A stretch of DNA of 64,000 nucleotides from Myxococcota bacterium (GTDB lineage Bacteria; Myxococcota_A; Polyangia; Polyangiales; Sandaracinaceae): assembly GCA_036149055.1 (NCBI GenBank), contig JAYZQJ010000017.1, positions 21,583 through 85,582 on the forward strand, given 5' to 3'. Under the pieces are notes generated by a model. That model searched no databases. It was not told the origin of the DNA and saw only the letters and a list, made by a program, of their open reading frames with translations. A program made the translations under genes and the position numbers. Below, one piece after another: positions 59,818 through 64,000 of this stretch; the first letter of the stretch is position 1; each line of letters opens with the position of its first letter.

Positions 59818-60573
59818 ATGCGCGCGGCGCTGATCATCGGCTCGGTCCTGACGCTGGCGTGCGGAGGCGCGACCGCGGGGGGCCGTGGAGGCGCGGGCGG
59901 CGCGGGCGGCGACGCGGAGGCGGCCTGCCCCGACGGCGAGGTGCGGCTCGGCGAGTCGTGCTGGAGCGCCCGCGGGACGCGCTGGCAGGTGACGGCCGAG
60001 GGCCCGGGCGGGCTCTACCGCTTCGAGCTCGATCTGCTCGCGGCCGGCCGGGTGCGCGCCTCCGATCACGGCGAGGCGAGCCCGGCGACCGACGAGTGGT
60101 TCCAGGACGGCGAGCTGCTGCGCGTCTTCCTGGGCGACCGCTTCGTCGAGTACCGCGCCCGGGTGACCAACGGCACGGTGCTGATCGGCGAGGCGATCAA
60201 CGTGCGCGGGCAGCGCTGGGGCTTCCGGGCCGACCGGCTCTTCGGGCGCGCGGCGTGCGCGGGCGGCGAGGCGACGCTCGAGGACGCGTGCCTGACGGTG
60301 GCGGGGACGCGCTGGCGGCTCGCGCTCGACGGTCAGGGGGAGCGCACCATCGCCTTCCTCGCCGGCGGGCGGGTGGCCATCGGGCCCGAGGACGACGAGG
60401 GCGCGGGCACGTGGGAGCAGACCGGCACCACGCTGGGCTTCACGCTCGGCGAAGAGGGGCCGCGGCTCGAGGGCGAGCTCGACGGGACCTCGGCCCTGTC
60501 CGGCCAGAGCGACGGGGGCGCGGCGTTCCGCGCGACCCGGGTCGAGACCGTCCCGCCGGTGATCCGCCCATGA
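59818..60573 (+). CDS. Hypothetical lipoprotein with internal duplication
   Basis: TLAC lipobox; two AC..GE..L...C....GTRW..LAxGRV repeats. Confidence 0.7.
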   Translation: MRAALIIGSVLTLACGGATAGGRGGAGGAGGDAEAACPDGEVRLGESCWSARGTRWQVTAEGPGGLYRFELDLLAAGRVRASDHGEASPATDEWFQDGELLRVFLGDRFVEYRARVTNGTVLIGEAINVRGQRWGFRADRLFGRAACAGGEATLEDACLTVAGTRWRLALDGQGERTIAFLAGGRVAIGPEDDEGAGTWEQTGTTLGFTLGEEGPRLEGELDGTSALSGQSDGGAAFRATRVETVPPVIRP

Positions 60574-60989
60574 CGATGCCGCCCTTCCACCTCGCCTTCC
60601 CGGTGACCGATCTCGCGGCCACCGAGCGCTTCTACGTCGAGCTGCTCGGCTGCCGGGTCGGCCGGCGCGACGTGCGCTGGATCGACTTCGACTTCTTCGG
60701 CCACCAGATCAGCGCGCATCTGGTGGACGCGAGCGAGGCGGTCGACGCAAACGAGGTAGACGGCGATCAGGTGCCCGTCCGCCACTTCGGCGCCGTGCTC
60801 CCGTGGGACGCCTGGGAGGCGATGGCCGGGAAGCTCGAGGCGGCCGGCGTCGCCTTCCTCATCGCGCCCCGCGTCCGCTTCGAGGGTCAGCCGGGCGAGC
60901 AGGGCACGTTCTTCGTGCGCGACCCGTCCGGCAACGCCCTCGAGCTCAAGAGCTTCCGCGACCCCGCCGACCTCTTCCGCGCGGAGTGA
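60570..60989 (+). CDS. VOC/glyoxalase family protein
   Basis: [35 protein letters not shown]. Confidence 0.92.
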   Translation: MTMPPFHLAFPVTDLAATERFYVELLGCRVGRRDVRWIDFDFFGHQISAHLVDASEAVDANEVDGDQVPVRHFGAVLPWDAWEAMAGKLEAAGVAFLIAPRVRFEGQPGEQGTFFVRDPSGNALELKSFRDPADLFRAE

Positions 60990-61014
60990 CCGCGTCTCAG
61001 AACCGCTCCCTGCC

Positions 61015-61602
61015 TCAGAACCGCCCAAAGGCGGCGAGCCCGGCGCCGTCTTCCCCGGCGGTCGGCAGGATGGCGAAGCCGCTCTCCTCGAGCGCGGCGT
61101 AGACGGTGTGCTCGCTCTGGATGGTGGCGCCGAGCACGAGCATCACGAGGCCGGCCGTCTGGAGCAGGCCGTCGAGCACGAGGTAGGGGGCCCAGCCGTC
61201 CTCGCTGAAGCCGGTGGGCTTGGTGGCGAGCTGGATCCAGGGCCCCGCGACGGGGATGAGCCCGAGGCCGCGGAAGCTCTCCCAGCCGGCCTGATAGCCC
61301 CGGTCGATGCTCCAGCCGGCGAACGGGCTGACGACCGCGCCGTGGATCAGCCAGCTCACGCCGAGCATCACCGCGCCGCTCACGATCAGCCCGATCTGGG
61401 GACGCGTGACGGTGCGCGGCTGAGGCTGCGGCTGCTGCGCGTAGGGCTGGGGCTGCGCGTAGGGCTGCTGGGGCTGCCCGTAGTACGGCTGAGGCTGTCC
61501 GTAGCCCTGCTGAGGCTGCCCGTATCCCTGCTGCTGAGCGCTCGCGGCGCTCGGCAGCGATCCGAGACAGGCGACGACGATGATGGCGAGCGTGACTCTC
61601 AT
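61015..61602 (-). CDS. Hypothetical secreted/membrane protein with Q/P/Y-rich region
   Basis: GGAGG SD; signal peptide; IPVAGPW motif; ends GRF. Confidence 0.72.
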   Translation of the reverse strand: MRVTLAIIVVACLGSLPSAASAQQQGYGQPQQGYGQPQPYYGQPQQPYAQPQPYAQQPQPQPRTVTRPQIGLIVSGAVMLGVSWLIHGAVVSPFAGWSIDRGYQAGWESFRGLGLIPVAGPWIQLATKPTGFSEDGWAPYLVLDGLLQTAGLVMLVLGATIQSEHTVYAALEESGFAILPTAGEDGAGLAAFGRF

Positions 61603-61778
61603 GCGACCTCCGGGCACACCACTCGGGCCGAGCCTACTGCGGGATGCGTTCCAGGGGGGATATACCCCGATTCGGCCGCGTTCTGACCCCTGGATGCGAA
61701 CTCCGGTTCGCGGCGGCGCGAAGCGCACGCACCGCCCGGGGTTGCGGACATGGCCGCCGCGGCACACGTTCCCGCGTC

Positions 61779-62279
61779 ATGACCGACCGACGGGACGAGG
61801 GAGACCGCTGGGACGCGGCTCAAGAGGGCGCCGAGCGCCTGCGCGAGGGCGACGTGGACGGCGCGATCGAGTGGCTCGAGCGCCTGGTCACCGAGCAGCC
61901 CGACAACGAGTACGCCTACTACTTCCTCGGGTCCGCCCACTTCGAGAAGGGCGCGTTCGACAAGGCGATGAAGGCCTACGTGGTCGCGCTCGAGCGGGCC
62001 CCCGGCTACGTCGGCGCGATGGTCCACCTCGGCCACACGCTGCGCATGCTCGGCCGCTACGACCAGGCCCTGCGCATGGGCCAGCAGGTCCTCGCCCGCG
62101 ACAAGGACGACCCCGACGGCCTCTACCTCATGGGCCTGACCCACTACGCCCGCGGCGAGGAGGCGGCCTCCGGCGCCTACCTGAAGCGCTTCCTCGAGAC
62201 CGGCCCCGAGGTCGAGGTCGCGCAGGAGGCGAGGGGCCTGCTCGAGATCATCGAAGGCAAAGCCCAGCCCCTGGAGTGA
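61779..62279 (+). CDS. TPR protein
   Basis: AYYFLG, AMVHLG, GLYLMG TPR repeats. Confidence 0.85.
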   Translation: MTDRRDEGDRWDAAQEGAERLREGDVDGAIEWLERLVTEQPDNEYAYYFLGSAHFEKGAFDKAMKAYVVALERAPGYVGAMVHLGHTLRMLGRYDQALRMGQQVLARDKDDPDGLYLMGLTHYARGEEAASGAYLKRFLETGPEVEVAQEARGLLEIIEGKAQPLE

Positions 62280-62299
62280 CGCTCACCGGCTCGGCCCCC

Positions 62300-62371
62300 C
62301 GCCGGCCAGCCCCCCATCCCGCTGCCCGCTCAGCCCCTTTGCGGCTTTGCGCCTTTGCGAGAGCCAAAAAA
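62300..62371. repeat. Inverted copy of the 9346-9415 intergenic element
   Basis: Reverse complement reads CTCTCGCAAAGGCGCAAAGCCGCAAAGGGGCTGAGCGGGCAGCGGGATGGGGGGCTGGCCGGCG. Confidence 0.8.
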
Positions 62372-62387
62372 GCCGAAGCGCCCTCGA

Positions 62388-63080
62388 TCAGAGCGAGTAG
62401 TCGCCGGGATCGAAGCCGATGCGCTCGAGGGGGACGCGGAGGTCGTCGGGGAGCGGGGCGGCGATCTCGAGCTGCACGCCGGTGTGCGGGTGGCGGAAGC
62501 GGATCTGGGCGGCGTGGAGCGCGAGACGCCAGAGGCCGAACTCGTGGCGGAAGCGGTCGTTCTCTTTGCCGTCGCCGTAGCGGGTGTCGCAGATCAGCGG
62601 GTGGCTGAGGTGCTTCATGTGCCGGCGGATCTGATGCAGGCGGCCGGTCTCCGGGCGCGCCTCCACCAGGGAGTAGCGGTCGAGGGCCACCGCGAGGCGG
62701 CGGTAGCGGGTCACCGCGTCGACCCGCTCGCCCTTCGGCTTGCGCGGGATCGGGTGGTCGACGACGCCGTCCTCGTCGGTCACGCCGCGCACGAGCGCGA
62801 GGTAGCGCTTCTCGATCGTCTTCTCGCGGAAGTGATCCTGCAGCATGCCGGCGGTCTCGCCGTCGAAGGCGAAGACGAGCGCGCCGCTGGTGGGGCGGTC
62901 GAGGCGGTGCACCGGGTGGACCCGACGCTTCATCAGGTTCCGCACCAGCTTGACGAGGTTGACCGGCGCCGCGTCCCAGCCCTTGTGGACCGAGACGCCC
63001 GCGGGCTTGTTCACGACGACCATGTGCTCGTCGCGATAGAGCTCGTCGATGCGATAGAGGTGGGCCTGTCCGGACAGCAT
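62388..63080 (-). CDS. Pseudouridine synthase, RluA/TruC family
   Basis: VNKPAG, VHRLDRPTSG, TGRLHQIRRH, HPLICD.RYGDG. Confidence 0.9.
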   Translation of the reverse strand: MLSGQAHLYRIDELYRDEHMVVVNKPAGVSVHKGWDAAPVNLVKLVRNLMKRRVHPVHRLDRPTSGALVFAFDGETAGMLQDHFREKTIEKRYLALVRGVTDEDGVVDHPIPRKPKGERVDAVTRYRRLAVALDRYSLVEARPETGRLHQIRRHMKHLSHPLICDTRYGDGKENDRFRHEFGLWRLALHAAQIRFRHPHTGVQLEIAAPLPDDLRVPLERIGFDPGDYSL

Positions 63081-63142
63081 GGGCGCCCGGAGCATGGTGC
63101 GGGGGACCTCCCCCTTCAAGGGTGTGCTATCCCCTGGCCGCC

Positions 63143-63895
63143 GTGATCGTCGTCATCCCCTGCTACAACGAGGCCGAGCGCCTGGACGAATCCCAGGTCC
63201 GGGCCCTGCTCGCGTTCGAGGGGACGCGCGTGCTCTTCGTCGACGACGGCTCGACCGACGGGACCGCCGACCGCCTCGCCGCGCTCTGCACCTCGATCGG
63301 CTACCGCGCGACCTTCGACGTGCTCCCCGAGAACCGCGGCAAGGCCGAGGCGGTGCGGCGCGGCATGCAGCTCGCGCTCGCGCGGGCCGAGAAGCTGGGC
63401 GACACCATCGTCGGCTACATCGACGCCGACTTCGCCACGCCGCCGAGCGAGGTGGTGCGGCTGCGGGACGAGCTGGCCAGGAGCCACGCTCAGGTCGCGC
63501 TCGGCTCGCGGGTGGCCCGCCTCGGCGCGGCGATCGCGCGCAAGCCCACGCGGCACTACCTGGGCCGGGCGTTCGCGACCACCGCGAGCTTCGTGCTCGG
63601 GCTCACCGTCTACGACACCCAGTGCGGCGCGAAGCTCTTCAAGGACTCGGCGGCGCTGCGGGCCGCGCTCGAGCAGCCCTTCTCCAGCCGCTGGTCGTTC
63701 GACGTGGAGCTGCTCGGGCGCCTGCTGGCGGGCGGCATGGGCCCGCGCGACATGATCGAGATCCCCCTCGCCCAGTGGGAGGACGTCGGCGGCAGTAAGC
63801 TCAGCGCGAAGGGCGCGCTGCGCGCCGGCGTGGACCTCATCGCGCTCGGGGCCCGCGTGCGCCGCAAGGGCCCACGCGGGTTCTTCCCCGAATGA
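63143..63895 (+). CDS. Glycosyltransferase family 2 (dolichyl-phosphate glucosyltransferase-like)
   Basis: VIPCYNE, DDGSTD, NRGKAEAV, DAD, DTQCGAKLF, FDVEL. Confidence 0.9.
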   Translation: MIVVIPCYNEAERLDESQVRALLAFEGTRVLFVDDGSTDGTADRLAALCTSIGYRATFDVLPENRGKAEAVRRGMQLALARAEKLGDTIVGYIDADFATPPSEVVRLRDELARSHAQVALGSRVARLGAAIARKPTRHYLGRAFATTASFVLGLTVYDTQCGAKLFKDSAALRAALEQPFSSRWSFDVELLGRLLAGGMGPRDMIEIPLAQWEDVGGSKLSAKGALRAGVDLIALGARVRRKGPRGFFPE

Positions 63896-63899
63896 CGAC

Positions 63900-63960
63900 G
63901 GGGACGATCCTATTAGAATCATCGATCTCGGAGATCGCTGAGTTGAATAGGATCGTCCCC
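63900..63960. repeat. Long palindromic hairpin (REP-like or terminator)
   Basis: 15-bp perfect inverted repeat GGGGACGATCCTATT/AATAGGATCGTCCCC enclosing an inner CGATCT-CGG-AGATCG stem. Confidence 0.75.
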
Positions 63961-64000
63961 GGGTCCGCATTCGCAGGCGAGGTCGGCGACGCGGTGGTCG

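Overview
Very GC-rich bacterial DNA. The gene content (Cys-rich lipoproteins, a MYXO-CTERM-like tail, an extended PilT, a membrane Ser/Thr kinase) suggests Myxococcota, probably Polyangia/Sandaracinaceae-like; this assignment is inferred. Both flanks (1-32 kb and 50-64 kb) carry ordinary genes: NUDIX hydrolase, M6P isomerase, hemH, GT2s, deacetylase, rnhA, MOSC, AI-2E, pilT, feoAB with a Fur-like box, MoxR, MepA, TetRs, two RluA-family synthases, a PEP-utilizing/RPH-like enzyme, HupE/UreJ, purF and a GluR0-like channel. Between them, ~32.5-50.1 kb is an accessory island that is visibly less GC-rich. It holds about 20 small, mostly minus-strand orphan genes, several resembling polymorphic-toxin immunity families, plus a RecA paralogue lacking its N-terminal domain. 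It also holds remnants of a PIN toxin and an IS66 transposase, and a RAYT-like (Y1/HUH) transposase apparently split in two. A co-oriented repeat family (GAGCACCYGGGACGGAA..GCGCGAAGCGCGG) lies between several cassettes and at both transposase breakpoints. The best candidate for an undescribed system is therefore a REP/RAYT-associated, integron-like gene-cassette array. Three further palindromic or tandem intergenic repeat elements occur outside the island. No rRNA, tRNA or CRISPR array was seen. Family calls come from motif recognition by eye, not database searches.
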